Both the position numbers and the translations under genes were made by a program. A DNA stretch of 64,000 bases from Actinomycetota bacterium (GTDB lineage: Bacteria > Actinomycetota > Thermoleophilia > Gaiellales > Gaiellaceae): assembly GCA_046731695.1 (NCBI GenBank), contig JBKPLR010000001.1, positions 4,442 to 68,441 on the forward strand. The letters run 5' to 3'. A model generated the notes under the pieces. The model was given only the letters and a program-made list of their open reading frames with translations, did not search any database and was not told where the DNA came from. The first letter of the stretch is position 1; every line of letters begins with the position of its first letter. Below, in pieces: positions 45,626 through 55,029 of the stretch.

Positions 45626-46444
45626 TCAATCTTCGGGTTGAGAGTTTGAGCCAGCGACAGGGCGCTCCGGAACGCTCACGTCGAGGTAGGCGTAGCCGCC
45701 GTGCGACAGCACTTCCGGCAGCACGCGCGAGGCAACGGCGAGCTTGAGGGGAACGGCCCGTACGTCGCCGAGACGGAGCTCCAGTCCCGACGCGAGCAGG
45801 AATGTGAGCTGGTGCGCCTGTGCGCGAACGACGCGGACCCGGAGGTGAAGCTTGATTCGCCGCGCGAGCGCGAGCGCCCGCACCGCGCGAAGGCCGAGGC
45901 GATCCGTGAGCGCTGCCCCGACCCGCGGTTCGCCGGACCGGGTGAGCCAGATTTGTGGCAGCCCGCGCCTCGACCGGGGCCGTACCTTCGTGATCACTCG
46001 CGCGTTTGCGGCGACGAGCCACGCACCCGCCCCGCGCCGGGCGATCGCAACCGGATGCTCGGGCCGAACGGCGACGCGCAGCGTATGGGGGAAGTCCCGG
46101 TCGTAGCTCGCATCTGCGACTTCGGTCAGCCCGCCGATCCGCCGGTCGATCTCGGCACCGTCGAGCGCGAGTAGGCTCGTGCCCTTCAGCGGGGCAAGCG
46201 CCGACCGAACGTGCGCGGCAACCGCCGGCGGAGCGCCGACGACCTCGATCTGGGTGAGCGCGAACACCGGGGTCACGCGCGCGAGTGCATACAGCCCGAT
46301 GGCACCGGCAACGATGGCGAAGCCGACGAGCAGCGAGCGCCCCGAGGGGAGCACGCGGAGGATCGGGGCGTCGTGCGTCCTTCCCGGGAGCGGGACAACA
46401 GCCGCGCGAGCGCGCGCGGATTGCTGAGGCCGACGCTGGGCCAC
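45626..46444 (-). CDS. ftsQ: Cell division protein FtsQ/DivIB
   Basis: 272 aa: basic N-terminus, one TM, POTRA-like IEVVGAP...VRSALAPLKGTSLLALD. Confidence 0.8.
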   Translation of the reverse strand: MAQRRPQQSARARAAVVPLPGRTHDAPILRVLPSGRSLLVGFAIVAGAIGLYALARVTPVFALTQIEVVGAPPAVAAHVRSALAPLKGTSLLALDGAEIDRRIGGLTEVADASYDRDFPHTLRVAVRPEHPVAIARRGAGAWLVAANARVITKVRPRSRRGLPQIWLTRSGEPRVGAALTDRLGLRAVRALALARRIKLHLRVRVVRAQAHQLTFLLASGLELRLGDVRAVPLKLAVASRVLPEVLSHGGYAYLDVSVPERPVAGSNSQPED

Positions 46445-46482
46445 GGCGCGGCTTTCGCCACGCTACCCGCGCCTCCTCCGCG

Positions 46483-47334
46483 CTACGGCAAGCGGGACCG
46501 CACTCCGGCCAAGCCTGACTCGACCAGCTCCGGGCGGCCGGTCCTGAGCCCGAACAGGACCGCGTGCCACGGCCCGAGCCGGTGGAAGTAGAGAGCCCGC
46601 TCCCGAAACGTCGAGCCAGCCTGGCCGCCCGCCGCGACATAGGCGCCGAGCAACGTCTCGCTGAAGGCCTCGCCCGGGCCGTGCAGCAGCCAGGCGAAGT
46701 CGAGCGCCGGATCGCCGACGCGAGCGTCGCTCCAGTCGATGACGCCGGTGACGGCCTCGTCTTGGCAAAGGACGTGTTCCGGACCCAGATCGCCGTGAAT
46801 GAGTACGGGGTTGAGCTCCGGCAGACTCGAGAGGTAGCTCTCGAACATCGACTCCGCGCGACGCGCCTCGCTCGAGTCGAGCAGCCGAATAACTGTTTCG
46901 CAGCGCTTCACAAATGCAACCTGCTCGTCGAGCCAGTCTCCCGTCGTGAGCTCGGGAAGCCCGGCCTCGGCTGCGCCCGAGATCTCGTGCAGCGCCGCGA
47001 GAAAGCCACCGACCTCATTCGCCAGAGCCGGGTCCTCGTGCGAAGAGCTCAGTGGCTTGCCGGGAATCTTTGGGTGCACCATGACGAAGGTCGAAGGTGT
47101 GTCCTCGAGAACGGCGACCTCCGGTACGGGGATTGGCAGCGTCCGCCCGAGCAGCGGGAGCAGCGCCGCCTCCTTTCGCAGGTCGGCGCGAACTTCGGGC
47201 CTCCGCGGCAGGCGCACGATCCATTCGTCGTCGACGTCGAAGGCAATCGAGTCCCACCCGTTGTCGATGCGAACGACGCTTCGGGCCTCGGCGCCGAGGC
47301 GCTCCTGCACCAGCGACAGGAGCTCGTCCTCCAC
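46483..47334 (-). CDS. APH/choline-kinase-fold phosphotransferase
   Basis: Distal 283 codons of ORF 46483..47886 from GTG 47332-47334. Catalytic loop LIHGDLGPEHVL and metal loop VIDWSDARVGDPALDF. Confidence 0.75.
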   Translation of the reverse strand: MEDELLSLVQERLGAEARSVVRIDNGWDSIAFDVDDEWIVRLPRRPEVRADLRKEAALLPLLGRTLPIPVPEVAVLEDTPSTFVMVHPKIPGKPLSSSHEDPALANEVGGFLAALHEISGAAEAGLPELTTGDWLDEQVAFVKRCETVIRLLDSSEARRAESMFESYLSSLPELNPVLIHGDLGPEHVLCQDEAVTGVIDWSDARVGDPALDFAWLLHGPGEAFSETLLGAYVAAGGQAGSTFRERALYFHRLGPWHAVLFGLRTGRPELVESGLAGVRSRLP

Positions 47335-48215
47335 TATGCGACGGGCGGGAGCTCGATCGGGCCGAGGAACTCGACCTCGTGCTCGAGCTCGACGCCGAAC
47401 TGCTCGCGGGCACGGCGCCTGGCCTCGACCATCAACGCCAGAGCGTCGCCGGACCCCGCGCCGTCCGCGTTCTCGATGAAGTTCGCGTGCCGCGGGGAGA
47501 TCTGCGCGCCGCCGATGCGGTGGCCCTTCAGGCCGCAGGCCTCGAGCATCCGGCCGGCTGAGAGCTCGTGCTCGGGGTTCTTGAACACACTCCCGAACGT
47601 GCGCTTGTTCGTCGGCTGCGCCGCCTTGCGAAGCGCCTGTAGCTCGAAGACGGTCGCCTTGATCTCGTCGACGGGCCGAGGCGTCAGCCGGAACTCCGCG
47701 CGGGCAACCACCTGACCGTGGTGAAGGTCGGATCGCCGATAGCTGAGGCCAAGCTTTCGGGGAGTCAGCCAGCGCGAGCCGCCGCCTTCGACGACGAGCG
47801 CGCGCTCGAGGATCGCAGCCCAGTCGCTGCCGTACGCGCCGGCGTTCATCCAGACGCCGCCTCCCACCGTGCCCGGGATCGCGCACGCGAACTCGAAGCC
47901 GCCGAGACTCGCCGCGCGAGCCCGGTGGAGACAGACGGCGTTGGTCGCCCCGCCGCCGGCGACCAGACGCTCGCCCTCGATCTCGGCGGTCGCCAGCTCT
48001 CCCGCCAGCCGCAAGACGAGCCCGCCGAATCCCTCATCGGCGACCAGCAGATTCGAGCCGAGTCCGATCGTGGCCACTTGTATTGCCTGCTCGCGCGCCC
48101 AGGCGAGAGCCTCCTCCAGCTCCGCAAGCGTTTCGGGCCTCGCGACGGCGCGCGCCGGCCCGCCGGTGCCGACGGTCGTGAAGCGGGAGAGTGCAACGCC
48201 CTCCTCGATCTTCAC
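47334..48215 (-). CDS. murB: UDP-N-acetylenolpyruvoylglucosamine reductase
   Basis: 293 aa, FTTVGTGGPA, IGLGSNLLV, FKNP. Confidence 0.9.
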   Translation of the reverse strand: MKIEEGVALSRFTTVGTGGPARAVARPETLAELEEALAWAREQAIQVATIGLGSNLLVADEGFGGLVLRLAGELATAEIEGERLVAGGGATNAVCLHRARAASLGGFEFACAIPGTVGGGVWMNAGAYGSDWAAILERALVVEGGGSRWLTPRKLGLSYRRSDLHHGQVVARAEFRLTPRPVDEIKATVFELQALRKAAQPTNKRTFGSVFKNPEHELSAGRMLEACGLKGHRIGGAQISPRHANFIENADGAGSGDALALMVEARRRAREQFGVELEHEVEFLGPIELPPVA

Positions 48216-49417
48216 TCGAGTGCCTCGAGGATCAGCGGCGCGGCTCGATCGACGTCGCCGGCCCCGATCGTGAGCACGAGGTCACCTGGACGAGCACGGC
48301 GCGCGAGGAAGCGGGCTGCGTCCTCGAGCGAAGGAGTCCACCCGATTTCCATCCCCGGTCGCTCCGTCGCGACCGCGTCGACGACGAGTTTGCCGTCGAC
48401 CCCGCCGATCGGAGCCTCGCGGGAGCCGTAGACATCGGTGACCGCGACGGTGTCGGCCGCGGCGAGCGCAGCGCCGAGCTCGCTGGCCAAGTGCCGCGTC
48501 CGCGAGTAGAGATGCGGCTGGAAGACGACAAGCACCCTGCCCCCGTTCGCCGCCGCCCGCGCGGTCGCGACCGTGGCCGCGATCTCGGTCGGATGGTGGC
48601 CGTAGTCGTCGAAGACGCGCACGCCGTGGACCTCGCCACGCGGCTCGAACCTGCGACCGGCTCCCTCGAACTCCAGGAGAACCCCTTCCGCGTCGGCTCG
48701 CGCCACTCCCGCGAGCTCGAGCGCGGCCAGCGCGGCGGCCGCGTTGCGCCGGTTGTGCTCGCCGCGCACGCGGAGCTCGAGGTGGACGGGCTCGAGCTCG
48801 TCGCCCCGCACTTGCTCGGGGGCTGCGTCGAGCCACCGATCGAGGAGCGTGCGGACCTCCGCCTGCGAAGCGAACGTCGTGTGGTGGTCGAGCTCGACGT
48901 TGGTGAGAACCGCGATGCCGGGGCGCAGAAGCTCGAGCGACCGGTCGGATTCGTCGCCCTCCGCGACGAGCCAGCCCTCGCCGGCTCGGCCGTTCCCGCC
49001 GAGCTGTGGAACCTCCCCACCGATCACGAATGCGGGATCCAGGCCGAGCCGGTCGAGACAGAACGCGATCATCCCCGCCGTCGTCGTCTTGCCGTGCGCG
49101 CCCGCGACGACGATCGATTGCCGCAGCTCGACGAGCTCGGCGAGAAGCTCTCCCCGCTTTCGCACCGCACGCCCCGCAATCTCCGGGTTGTCGGGCGCGA
49201 CGGCGGTAGAGACGATCACCTCCGCCTCCTCGGGGACGTTCGCCGCGTCGTGGCCGATCGCGACGGGGATCCCCGCAGTCTCGAGCTTCTCGACGTACGA
49301 CGAGCGAGCCTGGTCCGAGCCGCCAACCTCCGCGCCCCACTCGCTCGCCACGAGTGCGAGCGCGCTCATCCCCGCGCCGCCGATTCCGACGAACCAGAAG
49401 CGCCTACCCTCGAGCAA
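48212..49417 (-). CDS. murC: UDP-N-acetylmuramate--L-alanine ligase
   Basis: 401 aa, FVGIGGAGMSALA, GAHGKTTT. Confidence 0.9.
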   Translation of the reverse strand: MLEGRRFWFVGIGGAGMSALALVASEWGAEVGGSDQARSSYVEKLETAGIPVAIGHDAANVPEEAEVIVSTAVAPDNPEIAGRAVRKRGELLAELVELRQSIVVAGAHGKTTTAGMIAFCLDRLGLDPAFVIGGEVPQLGGNGRAGEGWLVAEGDESDRSLELLRPGIAVLTNVELDHHTTFASQAEVRTLLDRWLDAAPEQVRGDELEPVHLELRVRGEHNRRNAAAALAALELAGVARADAEGVLLEFEGAGRRFEPRGEVHGVRVFDDYGHHPTEIAATVATARAAANGGRVLVVFQPHLYSRTRHLASELGAALAAADTVAVTDVYGSREAPIGGVDGKLVVDAVATERPGMEIGWTPSLEDAARFLARRARPGDLVLTIGAGDVDRAAPLILEALE

Positions 49418-50474
49418 GCGCGATCAGCTCCTCGGCGATCTGGTCCGCGGCGTCGGGGCGTGCCACGCGCAGCATCGCCGCGCTCATGTCCGCGAGGCGG
49501 CGCGGGTCGTCCAGGAGCGAGCGAATGATCTCCGGCGCCCGCCCGAGGTCGGTCTCGGGCAAGACGATCGCACCGCCGGCAGCCTGGAAGTAGCGCGCGT
49601 TCTTGGTCTGGTGGTCGCCGGTCGCGAATGGGTACGGCACGAGGACCGCCGGCTTCCCGGCGGCCGCGAGCTCCCACACCGTCGAGCCGCTGCGCATGAG
49701 CGCGAGGTCGGCCGCGCCGTAGGCCGCGCCGAGTCCGTCGAGCACCGGCAGGAGCACGTAGTCGGGCCGCGTCACGCGCCGCCGCAATGCTTCGTAGTCG
49801 CGCTCGCCCGAGATGTGCAGAACGGCCGGGCCGGTCGGCCCGAAGGTCTCGACGGCGAAGTCGTTCAGCGCTCTCGCGCCGGCGCGCGCACCTGCGACGA
49901 GGAGGACGGGGCCCTCCGGCGGAAGGCCGAGCTCGGCGCGCGCCTCTCCGCGCGCACGTGCGTGCGCCTTCGCGGGCAGCGGGCGCCCGACGACCTCGTA
50001 CTTGGGGCCGTCCCGGCCCGGCACCGGGAATGCCAGGAAGACGCGCTTGGCGAAGGGCGCCGCGAGCCGGTTCGCGAGCCCGAGCTGCGCGTCGGCCTCG
50101 GTCAGCGCCGTGGGAATCCTCCGCCGCGCGGCCGCGAGCACCATCGGCCCCGCGACGTAGCTGCCCGCGCCGAGGACGACGTCGGGCCTCCGTCGCGCGA
50201 GAATCCTGTCGCAGGCGGCCGGCGCGGCGAGCGAGTGCAACGCGGCGCGCGCCTGCGCGAGCCCCGGCCTGCGCGGCAGGCCGCTCACGCGAAAGGTGTC
50301 GAGCTCGTACCCGGCCTCAGGAACGAGCTGCGCCTCGGCGCGACCCGGCGACCCGGCGAACGTCACGCGTGCTCCGCGGGCGCGAAGCGCTCCCGCCACG
50401 GCGAGCGCGGGCAGCACGTGGCCGGCCGTCCCCCCGGCTGCGATCAGGCACGCTGGCGCTTCTCGCTCCGGCAT
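49404..50474 (-). CDS. murG: Lipid I N-acetylglucosaminyltransferase MurG
   Basis: 356 aa, AAGGTAGHVLPALAV, C-terminal GT28 domain. Confidence 0.9.
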   Translation of the reverse strand: MPEREAPACLIAAGGTAGHVLPALAVAGALRARGARVTFAGSPGRAEAQLVPEAGYELDTFRVSGLPRRPGLAQARAALHSLAAPAACDRILARRRPDVVLGAGSYVAGPMVLAAARRRIPTALTEADAQLGLANRLAAPFAKRVFLAFPVPGRDGPKYEVVGRPLPAKAHARARGEARAELGLPPEGPVLLVAGARAGARALNDFAVETFGPTGPAVLHISGERDYEALRRRVTRPDYVLLPVLDGLGAAYGAADLALMRSGSTVWELAAAGKPAVLVPYPFATGDHQTKNARYFQAAGGAIVLPETDLGRAPEIIRSLLDDPRRLADMSAAMLRVARPDAADQIAEELIALARG

Positions 50475-51549
50475 TGCCCGCGATGTTAAGGAGGATCCCG
50501 ACCGAGGCGAGGCCGACGACGAGGCTCGACCCGCCGTACGAGACGAACGGAAGCGGGATTCCGGTCAGCGGCGCGAGGCCCATCACGGCGGCGAGGTTGA
50601 TCGCAGCCTGGCCGCAGACGAGCACTGTCAAGCTCGCCGCGAGGCGCTTGCCGAAGGGGTCCTTGCAGCCGAGGGCGATGCGCAGCCCGGCGTAGGCGAA
50701 GGCCGCGTACGCCAGGATCACCATCGTCGCGCCGACGAGGCCGAGCTCCTCACCGATGATCGCGAAGATCATGTCGGTGTGCGCCTCGGGGAGGAAGTTC
50801 GCCTTCTCGATGCTCTGGCCGAGCCCGCGCCCGAAGATCCCGCCGGAGCCAAGCCCGATGATCGCCTGCACGGTCTGGTAGCCCGCTCCCTGGGCGTCCT
50901 GCCAGGGGTTGATGAAGCTGAAGAGGCGGGCGCGGCGATACGGCTCGAACCAGACCGCGAGCAGGCTGAGCGCGGCGGCGATCCCGAGGCCCGCCCCGAG
51001 CGTGCGGACCGGCGTTCCAGCGACGAGCAGCACGGCGGCGAGCATGAGGAGAATCGCGATCGCCGTCCCCAGGTCGGGCTCGGCGAGGAGGAGGACGCAG
51101 AAGACGGCTGTGAGGAGGCCGATCGGGCGCCAAAGCTGCTTGAGCGTCTTCGGCGGTTTCTTGCGCGTGAGGTAGGCGGCCGCCCAGATCGCGAGAGCGA
51201 GTTTCGCCAGCTCGGACGGCTGGAAGACCGCGGGGCCGACGGTGATCCAACGCCGCGCGCCGTTCACCGCCTGACCGAGCGCGAGCACGCCGGCGAGGAG
51301 CGCGAGGCTCGTGACGATGAGGATCGGTGCGAGGCCCCTCAGGATCCGGTAGTCGATGCGCGACACGACGACCATCAGGACGAGCCCGAGGAGCGCGTAG
51401 CCGACCTGCCGCTTGAGGAAGTACGCGGGATCGCCGTTCGCAAGCGCCGCGGAGGCCGACGTCGCGCTGTAGACCATCACCAGGCCGAAGGCGACGAGGC
51501 CCAGGGTGACGAAGGTCAGGATGTGCGCCTCGAGCTGTCCGCGCTTCAC
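50317..51549 (-). CDS. ftsW: SEDS peptidoglycan polymerase FtsW
   Basis: 410 aa, polytopic, PSELAKL, GLPLPFVSYGGSS. An Arg-rich 50-aa tail overlaps the murG start by 158 nt (true stop uncertain). Confidence 0.85.
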   Translation of the reverse strand: MKRGQLEAHILTFVTLGLVAFGLVMVYSATSASAALANGDPAYFLKRQVGYALLGLVLMVVVSRIDYRILRGLAPILIVTSLALLAGVLALGQAVNGARRWITVGPAVFQPSELAKLALAIWAAAYLTRKKPPKTLKQLWRPIGLLTAVFCVLLLAEPDLGTAIAILLMLAAVLLVAGTPVRTLGAGLGIAAALSLLAVWFEPYRRARLFSFINPWQDAQGAGYQTVQAIIGLGSGGIFGRGLGQSIEKANFLPEAHTDMIFAIIGEELGLVGATMVILAYAAFAYAGLRIALGCKDPFGKRLAASLTVLVCGQAAINLAAVMGLAPLTGIPLPFVSYGGSSLVVGLASVGILLNIAGNAGARSASVPDRSRGDGRPRAARARRGGSASRPRSTRDVRRVAGSRRGAARS

Positions 51550-52703
51550 CGGGACAGGTTCTGCACCAGCCTCCTGAACTCCTCGCCGCGCGCCTCGAAG
51601 TCGCGGAACTGGTCGTAGCTCGCGCAGGCCGGCGAGAGCAGCACGACGTCGCCGGGCTCGGCGTCGATGCTGGCGAGCGCTGTGGCGAGGTCGCCGTCGC
51701 GCTCTGCCTGCGGGATTGCCGCCGCGAGCTCGTCCGCGGTCTCGCCGATCACGTGGACGCTCTTGACGTTCGATTCGAGCGCGGCGGCGAGCGGCGCGAA
51801 GTCCTCGCCTTTGCGCGACCCGCCGAGGACCAGGTGGACCGGTTCGTCTTCGTAGGCGGCGAGGGCGCGGAGCGCTGCGGCGACGTTGGTCGCCTTCGAG
51901 TCGTTCACGTAGCGGACGCCGTTCAGCTCGCGGACGAGCTCGAGGCGGTGCGGGACTCCGGGGAAGGTGCGGAGTGCATGCGCGATCTGCTCGTCGTCGA
52001 TGCCCGCGGCGCGGGCAGCGGCCGTTGCCGCGGCCGCGTTCTCGCGGTTGTGGGCGCCGCGGATGAGCGGCTCTGCCGGAAGCGGGTCGTCGGCCGAGAA
52101 CTCGATTCCGTCGAGGCCGAGGCCTCCGGGGACAATCTTGCTACGCGCCCGTTCGAAGATGCGGAGCTTCGCGTCGCGGTAGGCCTCGAAGGTGGCATGG
52201 CGGTCGAGGTGGTCCGGCTCGAGGTTCAACAGCACCGCGATCTCGCAAGCGAGCTCGTGAACGTCCTCGAGCTGGAAGCTGGAGATCTCGCAGACGACCC
52301 AGGCCCCAGACTCGACTTGCCCGTCGAGCTCGGTGAGGGCGCGGCCGACGTTTCCGGCCACCGGCGCGTCGAGCATCACGCCGAGCAGCTCCGAGGTCGT
52401 CGTCTTGCCGTTCGTGCCGGTGACGCCGAGGATCTTCGCGCCGAGGAGCCGGTAGCCGAGCTCGACCTCGCTCCAGATCGGGATCCCGCGCCGCTCGGCC
52501 TCCGCGACGAGCGGCGCCTCCCGGGGCACGCCCGGGCTCTTGACGAGCAGCTCCGCCCCGTCGAGCAGCGAGAGGTCGCCGTCGTTCCCGAGCTCCCTGT
52601 CTGCGCCGACGACCTCGACTCCGCGCCGCTCGAGCGCGGCTGAGGCCGCCCGTCCCGACCGCGCCAGCCCGAGCACGACAACCCGCTTAGGAAGCTCAGT
52701 CAT
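51546..52703 (-). CDS. murD: UDP-N-acetylmuramoylalanine--D-glutamate ligase
   Basis: 385 aa, VLGLARSG, GVTGTNGKTTT. Confidence 0.9.
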   Translation of the reverse strand: MTELPKRVVVLGLARSGRAASAALERRGVEVVGADRELGNDGDLSLLDGAELLVKSPGVPREAPLVAEAERRGIPIWSEVELGYRLLGAKILGVTGTNGKTTTSELLGVMLDAPVAGNVGRALTELDGQVESGAWVVCEISSFQLEDVHELACEIAVLLNLEPDHLDRHATFEAYRDAKLRIFERARSKIVPGGLGLDGIEFSADDPLPAEPLIRGAHNRENAAAATAAARAAGIDDEQIAHALRTFPGVPHRLELVRELNGVRYVNDSKATNVAAALRALAAYEDEPVHLVLGGSRKGEDFAPLAAALESNVKSVHVIGETADELAAAIPQAERDGDLATALASIDAEPGDVVLLSPACASYDQFRDFEARGEEFRRLVQNLSR

Positions 52704-52746
52704 GCGGCAACGTTAGATCCCAACGCGACGGGCCAGCGGCGCAGAC

Positions 52747-52773
52747 GGCCGAGCCAGCAAAGCCGGCTCGGCC
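52747..52773 (-). other. 12-bp GC-rich hairpin in the mraY-murD spacer
   Basis: GGCCGAGCCAGC-AAA-GCCGGCUCGGCC. The single mismatch is A.C on the plus strand but G.U on the minus (mRNA) strand. No U-tract. Confidence 0.35.
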
Positions 52774-52798
52774 TGAAAGCGACATCGCAAGCGACGTC

Positions 52799-53803
52799 TC
52801 AGCGGAAGCCGGTGAAGTAGCGGTAGTACAGGGCGAAGCCGATCGCGCAGAGGATCCCCGTCACGATCCAGAAGCGCACCATGATCTTCGTCTCGGACCA
52901 GGCTTTCAGCTCGAAGTGGTGCTGGATCGGCGCCATCAGGAACACGCGCCGGTTGAAGTACTTGAAGCTGAAGACCTGCACGATCACCGACAGCGCAGCG
53001 ACCGCAAAGATCCCGCCGATCAGCAGCAGGAGGAAGATCGTCTTCGTGAAGATCGCAAACGCCGCCAGTGCGCCGCCGAGCGCCATCGAGCCCGTATCGC
53101 CCATGAACACCTCGGCCGGCCAGGCGTTGTACCAGAGGAACCCGATTGCGCCCCCGATCAGCGCCGCGGCGATGATCCCGAGGTCGAGCTTCGTGTCGAA
53201 GCGGTGCCCGGGCGAACCGGAGCGGATCCACGAGATCACGATCATGGCCGCGAACGTGAACAGCGCGATGATCACGGTTCCGGCCGCGAGCCCGTCGACG
53301 CCATCCGTCAGGTTGACGCCGTTCGCAGCGCCGGCGATCACAAGGAAGAGCAGTCCGTAGTACGCGTACGAGAGCTCGATGTCGCCGATGCCCGGGACGT
53401 AGACGCTCGTCGGAATGTGCTGATGCTGCACCGCGACGGCTACCCCGACAGTGATCGCGCCGAGCAGGATCAGCTTCCAGCGTCCGTTCAGGCCGAGCGA
53501 GCGCCGGTGGGTCAGCTTGATGAAGTCGTCGAGGAAGCCGATCGCGCCGCACGCGAGTGTGACGAACAGCACTGTGAGCGCCGGAACGGTGTACTTGCTC
53601 AGCGCTAGGAAGCCCGCCGTCGCCGCCAGCAGGATCAGGAGACCGCCCATGATCGGCGTGCCCTGCTTGGTCGCGTGGTGCTCCGGGCCTTCCTCGCGGA
53701 TGTGCTGGCCGAACTCGTTTCGGCGCAGGAACTCGATGAACTTCGGGCCGAGGAGGATCGAGATGAGGAGCGCGAGGACGCCTGCGATCAGGACTCGGCT
53801 CAA
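52799..53803 (-). CDS. mraY: Phospho-N-acetylmuramoyl-pentapeptide transferase
   Basis: 334 aa, polytopic, NLTDGVDGLA, MGDTGS. TTG start overlapping the murF stop. Confidence 0.95.
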   Translation of the reverse strand: MSRVLIAGVLALLISILLGPKFIEFLRRNEFGQHIREEGPEHHATKQGTPIMGGLLILLAATAGFLALSKYTVPALTVLFVTLACGAIGFLDDFIKLTHRRSLGLNGRWKLILLGAITVGVAVAVQHQHIPTSVYVPGIGDIELSYAYYGLLFLVIAGAANGVNLTDGVDGLAAGTVIIALFTFAAMIVISWIRSGSPGHRFDTKLDLGIIAAALIGGAIGFLWYNAWPAEVFMGDTGSMALGGALAAFAIFTKTIFLLLLIGGIFAVAALSVIVQVFSFKYFNRRVFLMAPIQHHFELKAWSETKIMVRFWIVTGILCAIGFALYYRYFTGFR

Positions 53804-55029
53804 ACGCCCACCGCCGCCAGCGCCTCCGCCACGGCCTCGAGCCCGATCGCACGTGACGCCTTGACGAGCACGCAGTCGCCTGGCTCGACGACCTCTCGCG
53901 CGGCCGTCACCGCCGCGGGCACATCGGCCGCCCAGCGAGTGATCGGGACGTCCGCGGCGCCTTCGAGGTAGCCGCGGGCGAGCTCACCGACCGCGATCAG
54001 CGCCTGGACTCCGTACCGCGTCGCCACCGCACCGATCTCGCGGTGGAACGTCGGCGCGCCGGGTCCGAGCTCGGCCATGTCCCCGAGGATCGCGACGCGC
54101 CGCCGATCACCCGCGCGGTCGGCGAGGTACCCAAGCGCGGCGCGCATCGAGACCGGGTTCGCGTTGTAGGCGTCGTTGATGATCAGGCCACCGCCGGGGA
54201 GCTCGACCTCTTCACCACGCCAGCGGGCGAAGTCGACGTCCACGCGCTCCGGTCGCGGAAGGCCGAGCGCGTCGAGTGCGGCCAGCGCGGCCGTCGCGTT
54301 CGCGGCCTGGTGCCGCGAACTGAAGTTGAAGCTGACGCCGCCCACGACTGCGCGGCCGTGCTCGATTTTGAGCTCGGGCTCCGCCAGGCGAACCACCTCG
54401 ACGTCATCGCGCTCGACCGGGAACTCCGCCGGGACGATGGCGGTGCCGCCTGCGGGAAGCGCCGCGATCAGCTCGCCCTTCGCGCGCAGAACTCCCTCCA
54501 GTGAGCCGACGAGCTCCAGGTGCGCAGGGCCCACGTTCGTAACGACGCCGATCCCCGGCCGCGCGATCCGGCAGAGGTCGGCGATCTGCCCGAAGCCCCG
54601 CATCGCAAGCTCGAGGATGCAGACTTCGGTGTCGGACTCGAGCCGGCACAGCGTCAGCGGGACCCCGATCTCGTTGTTGTAGCTCGCCTCCGCGGCGACG
54701 GTGCGAGCGGCGGGCGCGCAGAGCGCGGCGAGGATGTCCTTGGTCGACGTCTTGCCCGTCGAGCCTGTGATGCCCACGACGCGTGCGCCTGCCCGCTCGC
54801 GGACGAGCGATCCCAGCGCGGCCATTGCCTCGAACGGATGCTTTGGGACGAGCGTCGCGGCCGCGCCGCGCACCAGCGCGTCCTCGCAAAAGTCGATGCC
54901 ACGACCGACCGCCACGAAGAGGTCGCCGGGCTCGACGCGCCGCGAGTCGATCCTGACGCCTGTGATGACGTCACCGCGTGCCTCGAGCTCGCCGAGCTGC
55001 GGCAGCTCGTCGATGCGGACCGGGATCAC
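53800..55029 (-). CDS. murF: UDP-MurNAc-tripeptide--D-alanyl-D-alanine ligase
   Basis: 409 aa, GITGSTGKTSTK, Mur ligase C-domain. Confidence 0.9.
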   Translation of the reverse strand: MIPVRIDELPQLGELEARGDVITGVRIDSRRVEPGDLFVAVGRGIDFCEDALVRGAAATLVPKHPFEAMAALGSLVRERAGARVVGITGSTGKTSTKDILAALCAPAARTVAAEASYNNEIGVPLTLCRLESDTEVCILELAMRGFGQIADLCRIARPGIGVVTNVGPAHLELVGSLEGVLRAKGELIAALPAGGTAIVPAEFPVERDDVEVVRLAEPELKIEHGRAVVGGVSFNFSSRHQAANATAALAALDALGLPRPERVDVDFARWRGEEVELPGGGLIINDAYNANPVSMRAALGYLADRAGDRRRVAILGDMAELGPGAPTFHREIGAVATRYGVQALIAVGELARGYLEGAADVPITRWAADVPAAVTAAREVVEPGDCVLVKASRAIGLEAVAEALAAVGV

